A DNA stretch of 63,766 nucleotides from positions 19,679,376 to 19,743,141 of the forward strand of contig NC_068995.1 in assembly GCF_001194135.2 (NCBI RefSeq), read 5' to 3'. The notes under the pieces were generated by a model that was not told the DNA's origin, made no database searches, and saw only the letters and a program-made list of their open reading frames with translations. How positions within the stretch are numbered: position 1 is the first letter of the stretch; every line of letters begins with the position of its first letter. This stretch comes from Octopus bimaculoides (lineage: Eukaryota). Below are positions 12,456 through 23,797 of this stretch, one piece after another. Both the position numbers and the translations under genes were made by a program.

Positions 12456-13421
12456 GAATCTATTCCATGTCAATAGCAGATTTTTTAAAATTATTTTATT
12501 TATTTATTTATTTTTTTACTAAACAGTTTGAAACTTCGAATACTGGTAGAATTTCTCACGCAGAACACGGTTTACTTAGAACGTTTTTAACAAAATTTCG
12601 TATTTTAGAAGTTATTTCGTGTTAAAGTTGCCGTATTTGGATAATTTCAACCAAACAACGATGTGTATTCAGTTGGAGAAAACTACTGCTGTTTACGATA
12701 GTAATCGAAGAGAAACAACGTCCGAATCATCTGTACTAAATGTCATCAATTCGTTCGAAGACCTATAGAGCAACGAGTCTGCCACTAGCTTTTTTGTTGT
12801 TGACGTGTATGTAATTTCAAAATGCCTTATTTTGCAACTACGAGATGTATTGTTATTGTCATGATTTTATCTTACTATAATAAAAAACAAACACATTTCA
12901 TCAATGTAAAAGTCTTTATTAGATAAAAAAGAATAACATTATCAAAACATGAAGTTAAAACAAAACGAATAGCGGCTTATATACGGGAAAATACGGTAAC
13001 TGTAGTGGGAGTGACAAGTTCGCTCGCTGGTTGCTAGTTGATAGTGTAGAAGGGAGAGAAAGAGTAAGGAATGTACAGTGCTGAGTAGAAAGGAAGAAAG
13101 GATTAGTATGGCAGCGTTTTCGCTCGCCATACGAATAGAATAGAGTGGTGACAGTTAGTAGAGATGATCCGGACGTTGTTCCTCTTCGATTACTATCGCA
13201 AACAGCGGTAGCTTTCTTCAACCGAATACACGACGTTGATTAGTTGAAATTACCCAAATATGACAACTTTAACACGAAATAACTTCTAAAATACTAAATT
13301 TTGTCAAGAACGTTCAGAGTAAACCGTGTTCTACGTGAGAATTTTTACCAGTATTCGAAGTTTCAAACTGTTTAGTTAAAAAAATTAATTCAAAGATTTG
13401 TGATTCAGATGGAATAGATCT
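12456..13421. mobile_element. Non-autonomous foldback/MITE-like DNA element with ~235-bp inverted arms
   Basis: 12511-12748 is the reverse complement of 13146-13384 (25 mismatches in ~232 nt by manual count). Outer ATCTATTCCAT / ATGGAATAGAT. GCAAGCTT flanks both sides. Confidence 0.85.
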
Positions 13422-13775
13422 GCAAGCTTCTTGGGAAGCAAGCTTCTTACTACACATGTAATTTTTTAGGGATAATCTGTTTTTGGAAATAAGCTGTTAC
13501 AGACAAGCATATGTTCTACCGAAACCATCAGGCTTCCGGCAATAAATCATGGGAACTCTTAAATTTGCTCCAATGAACTGTGAAATGTTCAGGTAGTAAT
13601 ACATATATGTACCTGTCAGTTTATTTTTGAGCTGTGCCTGTGTGTCTCTATGTATGTAGGTATTTGTCACTTTGTGTGTTTTACTGTGTTTAAGGAAATG
13701 AAAAGTGCACGAGAATAATTTTTTAAATTACTAATTCTAAAGTGATGAAGGCTGTATTTTGTTGTTAAAACTTCA

Positions 13776-13905
13776 CTTGGGAACCACTTGTCTTCAGATT
13801 CCAATACTGATTATGGCACGTTTAGCAAGTCTCATCTACCATAGCCTCGAGTTGTCCAATGTTATGTGAATGAAAAATGCAAGAAGGAGACTAAGCAAAA
13901 CCTAA
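13776..13905 (+). mobile_element. Highly diverged SINE family A 5' part
   Basis: TTGGGAACCAC..TATGGCACGTTTAGCAAGTCTCATCTACCATAGCCTCGAG resembles the family A head/core. Confidence 0.45.
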
Positions 13906-14642
13906 AGAACATATACATATATCAAACACTGCCAAATATATGTATATTAAAGACGGTCATTCGATATAGAGATATCACTAAAATAAGTAACATTTTAGAA
14001 TAGGTACTGGTGTATACATGGTTAACTACGATGCCACTGGAAGCCCCAGCATGGCCGTGTCTGATCACAAAAATCAGTAACATAATAAATCAATAAATGT
14101 TACTTTTCAATACTGTTATTATGGATTTTATTAGTTGGATTAACCTAAATTGCACTGATCATTGATGAATCTATAAAATAATTAATTATTGCAGATATAT
14201 ACAAACCTATATAAACCCACTTTATTTTTCTTGTTCGTTTTGTCTTTCTTTTGCCCGTAGCCTAAATATTTAAATACATTCAGACAACATATGTTCGATA
14301 TTGTTTTATCTGTCTTTTAGTAGAGACGTGTTTCCATTGACTTTATAGATTTTATTTGTTTGTTGTTCGATGTTATACTCTGAAGAAGCTTATTAAGGTA
14401 TATTTACCTCGGTAGAATCAAAGAGATCCTTAAAGATTTATATTATATATGTTTAATGATAGCAATACCTCTTGTCATTAAATATTTACTATTCCTTTTG
14501 TAGTATGATATTTTTTTCTGATACATTTTATACACACAGCTGCAATTATGTGTGTGTGTGTGCGTGCGTGTGTGCGCACACACACACACACATACACACA
14601 CACACACACACACATACACACACACACACACANNNNNNNNNN

Positions 14643-14687
<45 letters not shown>

Positions 14688-14932
14688 TTATATATATACA
14701 TATATAATATACATAGAAACCTTGGGATAGAACTTTCGATAGCCATCAACATAAACTTTCTCACTCATAACGCCTGTATGTTCTGAAAATGTAACTTACC
14801 CAAATAAAATGCACTTCATATACAAGGTCCTGGTGAATCTAAAAGATGTTTTCTTGGTACTCAACTAAGAATTCACCAAATCCTATAACAGAAATAGCTG
14901 TGAGCTAATCAAGTTCGTTACGTAACATTTGA

Positions 14933-14980
14933 TACTAAATGTCATCACTCCGTTCGAAGACCTACAGAGCAACGAGTCTA
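14933..14980 (+). mobile_element. Fragment of the 12456-13421 element family
   Basis: TACTAAATGTCATCACTCCGTTCGAAGACCTACAGAGCAACGAGTCT matches 12734-12780. Confidence 0.75.
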
Positions 14981-15089
14981 TATTCATCTAACATTGTGTT
15001 CGGGACTATACGTGTACTGAGTTCTCCACCGAGTGATTAGTCTCTATACGCCTTAGCGAAAATATAATATATATGCATACATACATACA

Positions 15090-15120
<31 letters not shown>

Positions 15121-15229
15121 GCATAGATATATTTTTGGCGGGAGGTGTATGTATATATATATATATGTGTGTGTGTATAAAATTCAAATAAACGAATAAA
15201 ATTAACGGAAACAAGCGGACTTGCACGAG

Positions 15230-15400
15230 AAAGTATTAGCTTGAAGCTCAGTTGAAAGGGAAAGTTTGACGTTTCCAGCATATCTTTTCGTCGGAAAGGA
15301 GAAACGGAAAAGTCCGAAGAAGGAAAAGAAATCGCCAAAGCACGTGTGTAGTTACATTACTGAAGTGACCGGAAGTAGAAAGAGATAGTGAAATTGGTTT
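15230..15400 (-). mobile_element. Penelope-like terminal-repeat fragment
   Basis: GGGAAAGTTTGACGTTTCCAGCATATCTTTTCGTCGGAAAGG. The reverse complement is a degenerate CTGANGA..GAAACGTC motif typical of PLE ends. Related pieces at 38516 and 49963. Confidence 0.4.
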
Positions 15401-15624
15401 TAGGGGACAGGAGAGTAAGAAAAGGGTCAGTGTGTGTGTATCAGTGACTGGGTGTGGTTGTGTGTGTAAATGTGTTTGCATGTGTGTGTGTGTGCGTGAG
15501 TGAAAGAGAATCGAGGTGACGCGTGTGTGGGTCTTTGTTTTCTGTGTGCAGGCGTGCGTGCGTGTTTGTATGTATGTGCGACTGTGTGGAGCTGTAAATA
15601 TATGTATACATATACTCATACATA

Positions 15625-15673
<49 letters not shown>

Positions 15674-16099
15674 CTGGCAGATACACCCGTCATTGACTGG
15701 GTTGAAAGAAACTGCCAAAATTGCACTAAGAATATTGAGAATTATTCACTTAGATTGTATTGAACGTATATAAGAAATGGTTGTTAACTTCCATGTAACG
15801 ATGAAGCTGTTCTCTTCTGGCCAATATTTTCGTGGGTGCATATAAGCTTCTGATCTATGATCTGTAGTATTTCAGTATATAAATGAACCAAACATCGCAC
15901 AGACTTTGACTTATGTCTAGTACAAGATAGTAAATAAATGTTAGGAGAAAACTAAAAACATATATACTATAATTTATTGAAGTTAAGTATTACAACAAAC
16001 TAAAATACAAATAGCGTTTCTTAGACGAATATAGTTTGATGTTGACAATACCAATTTAAAGTTATTAGTCATTCTGAAAATGTTAGTTGTTGATCTCAT

Positions 16100-16990
16100 G
16101 GTAAAAACTTCCTTATAGACATTGTTTCAGGTTTTACCAGTGTGGGCAAAGATGTCCCAACATATAACTGACCATACGAGAAACAGTCGTCTTCTAATTG
16201 CAAACCAGCAACTTCCAAAGTCTAACCTTGGGACTTACTAAGAGACATCGCAAATGACAGGCGTATTTGAAAATGAAGTCATTTGAACTCGAAGGTCACA
16301 CTGGATGGTAATAAAGTTAAACGAGGAATGAAAACATCTTCACCTTTTCCACAGCCAGAAATTATTATAGCCTATATGGCATTTCTCATTAATTTCTTGA
16401 CAAGCCTTGTGCTATTGCACAGCTTTGGTTCAGGAAGGTTGCGCAGAAGCATGTTTAGAACTCCTATTTTCAATGGAAGGTAATGAGGAGGAGTTCCTGG
16501 TGGTTGCAGTGAGTTTAAGAACTCAACCGAGTAATTGACTATTTCCTATTCATCCACAACAGAGTCTACAGATTTGTATGTTCGTTTGGTGGTAAAGGTT
16601 TCTTGAGTTTTTTATTTAAACTATTCACAGTAACGTTCTTTGTTGCCATAGTTGCTCTTTCGCACAAACAAGTAGCATGTGTGTAACTTGAAATTATATT
16701 TAGAAAAACTTTTTCAGTAAGTTTCTCAACCAAGCTTACCAAGACGCAGATTTTTTATGGATTCAAGTCACTTTAATGATTGATATCTAGCCTTCCTTCT
16801 CCAAGTTGCGAAATATGCACAAAGAACATTTCGTGAGAACTTGAGCTAAAGAAGAACGTTTACTAATATTACAGACAGGTTCGTCATTTGAAGTTAGATA
16901 GAATAGTAGCGTGAATGCTGCGTGAGCTGTTCGATCTCCTGGGAGTGAAGTCGCAGTAATTACAGAGCTCACTACAGCGAAGGTTTTTTT
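16100..16990 (-). mobile_element. Helitron Rep/Hel PIF1-helicase C-terminal fragment (pseudogene)
   Basis: Minus translation gives [113 protein letters not shown]. These are canonical PIF1/Helitron motifs with stops and frameshifts. Confidence 0.92.
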
Positions 16991-17309
16991 TCCTTTTTCT
17001 GTTGGACTTTGGCTTGCACTAAATTTGTAACAAAAGTTTTTTCCTGTTCCTCCTGGTACGTCTAAAACATATAATCCTCCTCTTATGCGTCACTTGGTCA
17101 ATGATCATTGTATATGCAAGGTGTTGGTCTGGTAAAAGTTTCGGGACATTTTCTTCAAGGAATCTTCAAGGAATCTTGTTACTGAATCAATATCACATGA
17201 AGTTTCTCGCAAAGTGTTCACCTCATTTCGATGAGTTTCTGATAAGCCAAATTTGCTGAGCCAAATTTGGTATAGCTGGAAAATTTAGAGACTGGTTACA
17301 TGACTTTCG

Positions 17310-18420
17310 GAAATACAGAAGTCAGACAGTGGTGGCCAATGGAGCCATCTCAAAGGAAGCACAAATAGTGAGTGGTGTTCCACAGGGCACTGTCTTGGAA
17401 CCACTACTTTTCATAGTGGCTCTCTCAGGTATGCTCTCAGCTGCCCGGATAGCCACCTTTGCTATCAACGCAGACGATACGGAAACCTTGCAGAAAATAC
17501 AAAACTCTATCAATGTTGCACGTCTGCAGTAGGAGTTGGACATAATATACAGATGGACTGAGGACAATAATATGCTGTGTAATGCTGGGAAATTCCAAGT
17601 CCTGTGCTACCACCCCCAAACCTGAACGGGAAACATACAGAGTACACTGGCCCGGCAGAGATTACAATCTCAGAACTTAAACCAGTGCGTACGTTGGGTA
17701 TTCACATGAGTGATGATACCTCTTTCCAAGTGCACCTTACCAAGATGGCGTCAAAGTGCAAACGGCTGGCTGGTTTGATCATGAGAGCCTTCAAACTCAG
17801 AGATAAGGAAACTATGATGGTCTTCTGGAGGATATTCGTTCTCAGCTGCTTGGACTACTGCTTCCAAATTAACAGCGGACCTTGAAACAATCCAGCGAAG
17901 CTTCACAAAGTAGATCGTCTCATTGCAACAGCTCAGCTACTGGGAAAGGCTGAAACAGCTAAGACTCTACTCCCTGAAGTGAAGGCAGGAGAGATAAGCA
18001 GCAATATATATATGGAAGACCCTGGAATGGATAGTGCCAAATCTTGCATTTGACAGCTACATAAATGCCAGAACTGTTTGCCACTGCACAGTACCAAAGT
18101 TTTAAAAAAAGGTGTCACATTTCAGGACCAGTTACTGCAACAGCCGGTGTTTCAAGGGCCCAAAGCTTTTTAATATTCTTTCAAAGATCCTGAGGGGCTA
18201 CACAAAGTGAATATAGGTGTTTTCAAAGCAAATCTGGATCTCTTCCTGTGGAGAGTCCCAGATGAACCTACCTCGCAGCAGGAGGCGCAAATGAGGGCAG
18301 CGACATCAAACTCCCTTATTCACCAAATGTCACATATCAGAGGAGGCTCTCAATAATAACAGTGTAGCAAAACGGCGGTGCCCCAGCATGGCCGCAGCTT
18401 TGAGGTAAAACCGAAAAAAA
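17310..18420 (+). mobile_element. 5'-truncated CR1-group non-LTR retrotransposon (RT C-terminal half plus 3' UTR)
   Basis: SGVPQGTVLEPLLF, NADDT (YADD), LGIHMSDD.SF..H, LETIQRSFTK, YWERLKQLRLYSL, FKANLDLFL.RVPDEP..RAATSNSL.HQ, with stops and frameshifts. Ends in GGCGGTGCCCCAGCATGGCCGCAG..AAAAAAA. Confidence 0.9.
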
Positions 18421-19171
18421 TGGTATGTTAATCCGATAAGGCCCTTCATTTATTTTTGAAATGCGATTTTGTACATGTTGGAAAAGGGCCAGTAGCTCCC
18501 TTCAGTGGGCTGCTAGAGACTTGGGACTCTTTCCATTGTCTTTGTTGTGAAATTTTACATAAGAATTAGCTCTTAGTTTTTATATCCACGCTGTAAATTT
18601 TCTTCCTACAGACGTGTGTATGATGAAGGCACATTCATTTGAAAGGAGTTGTTTTCCAATGCCAAAATGCATCAGTGCTTCACTTATTCATTTCCGAATT
18701 GGCTACACAGTATGAAGAGTGAATATGTATGCCATCGTATTCTCTAGATTTCTTCTAAAGCGCAGTAGTCTTCTCTAAAATAAAAAAAAAACAATAAAAA
18801 AAACGTCATGTGTATGTGACATTTTAAGTCTTTCAGTTGATTGATTGTCCTCTATGGAAATAAAAACTACCGTCGAGCTTAGATTTCATTAACTTTCGAT
18901 ATTAAAGGCAAAGGAATAATGTACATTATCTTCATCCTTTTATTTTATTGAATTTGCTTCGATTTTCTATTTCAATTATTGAGTCTTAAACAGCATTAAT
19001 AGTTGCTATTTCGATCTAGTGTGGTCTCATTAGTTTGACGTGCTCAGGAATCTAAGGGCTGTTAAATTTTGTCTTATATTAAATTAAATTATTAAATTTA
19101 CTTTAGGAGGGATAGAAGTGGTATATAATAAAGTCATTATCGTTCATAATTCATTATTAATATAAGATGAC

Positions 19172-19364
19172 TGAAGGCGGTGTGATGGCGGAACCGTTAG
19201 TACGCCGGGCGAAATACTTAGCTTCATTTCTTCTGTCTTTACGTTCTGAGTTCAAATTCCGTCGGGGTCGATAAAATAAGTACCAGCAGAGAGCTGGGGT
19301 CGATGTAATCGATTAACCTCTCTCCTGAAATTGCTGGCCTTGATCTAAAATTAGAAATCAATAT
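19172..19364 (+). mobile_element. SINE family B with internal deletion
   Basis: A box TGGCGGAACCGTTAG, B box GAGTTCAAATTCC, then GGGGTCGATAAAATAAGTACCAG. Lacks the GACTTTGCCTTTCATCC block. Confidence 0.85.
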
Positions 19365-19519
19365 AAAATGACTGGCGAAGAAAGTAATAGCAATAAATTT
19401 AGTTTGAGATTTATAAGTTGTACATTTCAATTCATGTATGCCCTACAGTCATGATTTGAGTACCATCCCTATGAAAGTTAAAACAAAATGGGTTTTAAAC
19501 ATATTTTAGAATTCCCAGA

Positions 19520-19720
19520 AAATCTTTACATGCGAGTAAAATGTTCCGCCTTCGACCAGATATTCATATTGGAAGAATGTCTTCCACGTTTACACAATTA
19601 GAAAGCTATAGAAAATATGTCATGAAGATCTCACATCCATACATTTTCGTCATACATGTCACACGAAGTAAATGACAATTGTGGTCAGACGCATTGTTGT
19701 CCAGCAAACAATTTAGCCTT
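19520..19720 (-). mobile_element. Possible very decayed mariner transposase C-terminal relic
   Basis: Minus translation LLDNNASDH...GCEIF resembles LLHDNARPH...WEIL; weak. Confidence 0.25.
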
Positions 19721-20309
19721 TTTTTAAATTCTGAGGAATCAGTAGTTACTATTTTCCGGTGGAAATATTTATTTATTTATTTATGTGATATCATGTACGT
19801 TGCACCTTACCATACATTCCCAGTGAAAAAAAATTATTTGATATTAGCCTGAATAGTCAAACTTTGCTTGGAAAAATTTCTCAGTAAACTTCTTTTAAAT
19901 GTTTAAAAAGTATTTTGAAAACTGAATTCTACACCCTCTGTGATTTTTTTATCTCTTCGGTATAGAATTGCATCGTGGTACTTCCTTAGCAAAGCGTCTA
20001 TTGCCTACAATCCGTAGTCGTTTGAGATAATAGCATAAACATTTACTAAATTAAATGAAACGATGCTTTCATTGGTGAGACGGTTCAAAAGGCCTGGGTT
20101 ATCCCTTATTAAATTTTGTACAAATTATAGGAGAGCATTGAGCTGTATGTCAATGATGTTACTAAGTTTAATAATCACAATCGATTATAGTTCGAAAGCC
20201 TTCAGAAATGGTATACTTTTGCATACTAAGGTTGGTACTATGTAGGTATCGTTAATTAAATATACTTTTACGGATTTGGGGAGGTCTGCAGAAGTTATAA
20301 TTAGGGGAC

Positions 20310-20890
20310 AATAATAACATCTCGGCTAGAATATCCAAATGAAAATATATTGAACATACACGCACCTTATGATAACTCAGCCTTAGCTAAGGCCGGACAC
20401 TGTGAGAAAATTCAATATGCCAATAGTAGTACTAATAATAATAAAAAACTCTTATAACTCAACTAGTAATAATACGATTCATTATAACAACTTTACCAAA
20501 CACAACGATAACTACACACACAATGTCAAAAACCTAAATAAGACTAACGAAATTCAGACACATTAGAATCAACCATGAGTTGGAGAAAACTTGTAATAGA
20601 CAACAAATTAAACACCTAACGCCACAAAATCCAATTGCCGCTCCAAGCATTCAGACAAACAGACCTAACCGGAAATATAAAATCATGACGTCCTTTGGTA
20701 TAACCCAATCTTGAACTCCAACATCAAATCTAAGATCGCGAAACAATTTTTCACCGCACTTGATCGCTGGTTCCCTAAAAATGGAGTATACAGCAAAATA
20801 TTCAACAAACACACTATAAAACAATCTTATGCAAATTCATCAGACTTAGAGCACCGTATTAATAGGATTAACAACCGTAAACTAAGGCGA
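20310..20890 (+). mobile_element. Penelope-like element ORF fragment (between RT and GIY-YIG)
   Basis: YDNSALAKAGHCEKIQY and (W)YNP..NSNIKSKIAKQFFTALDRWFPKNGVYSKIFNKHTIKQSYA..IN.RKL match the PLE motif WFNPP..NV.TNIGK.FL.LID.HFP....KIFN..T.K.SY. Confidence 0.75.
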
Positions 20891-20894
20891 AGAT

Positions 20895-21810
20895 TAGGCA
20901 GCATGCATGGTCTAAAGTGGCATTACAAACGCTGGCATCCATGAGTGGGACAGGCAACTTGGACAAACTATGGACAGTCTTTCCACCTGACAGTAGTGTA
21001 GAGGCAATACCTATCCAAGTATCACTACACACGTTGCAGTTGTTCCTTCGCACATAAGAAATTATGGTATTAAACGTATAAAATTTGCCACAACCTTCTG
21101 GTGCATCTACGTAGAAACGGGAGTGGCTGGGCACCTCACCTTTCCTCTTCTTATGTACAGATTCAAGCACAGCATTAGTCTCTGTTCCTCAGTCACAGTT
21201 GCAATGCCTGGGGGGTCAAGATCTTCATGATGGTCAAGCTGCAGTACTCCAATAGGTTCAGGCAGCCCAATTGCTAAACAATTAATGTCATTCTCTATCA
21301 GAATTGCATCAATTGAGTTTAGTGCCATGTTTTGTGCCTGTTCTGCATTAAAACCTTGGTGCAAGAAATCTTCAATCATTGGTTCCTTGTGAGTGGTCCA
21401 CAAGTGAAAAGCACTTGCAGGGTTCATATACGTGCACAGGGCAGTAAACATAACACGTAAATCTAAGGGCATCCGACAGGCAGCAGCTTCTAGGAGTGTA
21501 TGTTCCAGGGTGTCATCGTTTGAGAGAAGACCATATCTCAGGCATGCTGCCTTAAATGTTGGCAGGATTTCTCTTCCTACAGTGCGCAGATACTGGAAGC
21601 TCACAGAGCCTGAAACATGCAGCAGCAACATTCGCAAGTCAAATTTTTCTGTCTTTAGGGCTCAATGCATACATTCAACTGATGATATTCGTATTCCCTC
21701 GCCTTAGTGTCCGTGTTCTAGTGCGCTCATTAAACACATAATGCAGTGGGATGTTAAGGTAAAGTGGTTCCTTGCATCATCATCATGCTTGACATGTTGC
21801 TTCGCATAAT
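20895..21810 (-). mobile_element. Helitron Rep/Hel fragment (linker plus helicase motifs I/Ia), pseudogene
   Basis: LYLNIPLHYVFN, MYALSPKD, LRMLLLHVSGSVSF..LRTV...PTFKAACL.YGLL.ND, FYVDAPEGCGKFYTFN (Walker A), WIGIASTLLSGGKTVHSL.KLPVP. Confidence 0.92.
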
Positions 21811-22046
21811 GCCATCCAAATTACCCATGGTGAATTTGGATGGCATTGAAACCAATGGCGATTTTATTGAATAAATTTGCACTTTAGTATTTCAAGGTAT
21901 TTTTATGTGGCTTTGGTAAATATATCTGTTAAAATGAGATGTCAGTATTATTTTCATCTTTGCGTAATTTTGACGACCCTGTATATAAATATGTATCTAT
22001 CTATCTATCTGTCTATGAATGTGTGTATGTATGTATGCACATGCTT

Positions 22047-22263
22047 GTGTGTGTCTTTGTGTCCGTGTTTGTAACCCACTCCCGATTGACAACCGATGTT
22101 CCTATATTTACGTCCCATAACTTAGCGATTCGGTAAAATACACTGCAAAAACAAGCACCAAGCTTTTTAAAAGAGATAAGTATTGGGGCGGATTCATACG
22201 GCTAAATGATTCTTCAAGGTGATACTTCAGTATGGCTGCAGTCTAATGACTGAAACAAGTAAG
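22047..22263 (+). mobile_element. SINE family A, 3' half
   Basis: GATTGACAACCGATGTT..TTTACGTCCCATAACTTAGCGATTCGG..CAGTATGGCTGCAGTCTAATGACTGAAACAAGTAA. Confidence 0.85.
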
Positions 22264-22787
22264 CGATTACATATATACTCATGTGCGCGTATAAATATAT
22301 GCGTCTGTGTATGTATTTCCATGTGCGCATGTGTGTGCATAAAGAAAAAGTTAGAGAGGTAAAGTGACAGATTTATAAAGAAATAAGAAAAACAGACCGT
22401 TGAGAATAAAGGACGTTGAGTTGTTTAAGATTTATGCAGTGCTCGGGTTATTGTTTCGTATACTATTGTTGTTTTAGCCTCTCCTTAGTCATCCTCAACC
22501 CACTTAGACCAATGGCCCTTAGACAGATGAGCAACATCTGTAGTTTTCCACAACCTTCCTCAGTGTCAGTTGTCTGTATTCTTCTCTGATGTTTATTTAC
22601 TCAAAGCTTGTTAACATTTCGCTCCGTAAAAATATTAACCAAAATCTCTTTATATACAAAGATGAATGCATACAGAGATGGGAATGTGTGTATCTGTATG
22701 TATGTATTTGTACGTATGTATGCGTGTATGTGTGTGCGTATACACACACAGATACATAATTACAAGGATACGTACATATATTCGAAC

Positions 22788-22796
<9 letters not shown>

Positions 22797-22836
<40 letters not shown>
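22797..22836. repeat. (GATA)n microsatellite
   Basis: Direct repeat visible. Confidence 0.95.
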
Positions 22837-22838
<2 letters not shown>

Positions 22839-23577
22839 ATACCTTATGGAGAGAAAAAAAGTGTCCTTTGAGAAACTGGAATTTGTAAGTAGATCTCTTG
22901 CCAACTTTGTGTAAATCTTACCCTCTAAACTTCCCTCTCCATAACATAAAAACCGTAAATAAGGGATCCACGACCTTAGAGTAGGAAATTGTTATGGTGA
23001 TGTGTTCCATAAATAACTTCGTTAAAATTTATGCTCTTCCTTTGAAGGAAACAGTGACCTTAAAATTTTGTTTCCTGTATCTCCTCTCTCTTCACTCGAA
23101 GCTAAAAGTTTATCCTGCTGTCTAACCAATTTTTATTGTATTATATTGTACACCTGTATCTGGCAATACTTGGTTACATATTTCTAAACTTGACTGTTCA
23201 ATGTCTCTATCTGCCTTTACATTTACTTTTCTAGTTCTGTTCGCTTTACTCTCGCTTTCTTTCCTCTTTCACTCTCACTCACTCTTTCCCTTCTTTTCTC
23301 CGTCGTTGTTTTACTACATAATGCGTCTGTGTTTGCACGTGTGAGTGCATGCATGCATGCGCGCGCGCGTGTGTGCGTGTGTGCGTGCGTGTGTTTGAGG
23401 AACTCGTTTGGCATTCATATGTTTCAGCCCTATTTAGTGGGCTCTTCAGCACCCGCCCTCTACGATAACCTCGTTCTGTCCAATATCACGTGAGCAAGTA
23501 GGGTAGGTAGAAACTGTACAGAAACCTGTTGTGTGCGTGTTTCTGTGTGTGAGTGTTTGTGTGTGTGTGTATGTAAT

Positions 23578-23797
23578 GTTGATTTCAAATTTTAACGCAA
23601 GGCCAGTAAATTCGGGGTGGGGGAGAACATATCGATTACATCAGCCCCAGTATTCAACTGGTAACTTATTCAATCACTCCTGAAAGTATGAACGACACGG
23701 TCGATCCCACTGGTATTTGGATTCAGAACGTAAAGTCGGAAAAATGTCGCTACACATTTTTCACTGCGCGGTAATGATTCTGCCAGGTCACTGCCTT
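23578..23797 (-). mobile_element. SINE family B, diverged full-length copy
   Basis: Reverse complement starts AAGGCAGTGACCTGGCAGAATCATTA, has a B-box-like TTCTGAATCCAAATACC, and ends in tail GGCCTTGCGTTAAAATTTGAAATC. Confidence 0.75.

Noticed and set aside
21809-21848. Helitron 3' terminal hairpin
   Set aside because: It is on the wrong side of the ORF and has no CTRR terminus; kept only as a breakpoint palindrome.
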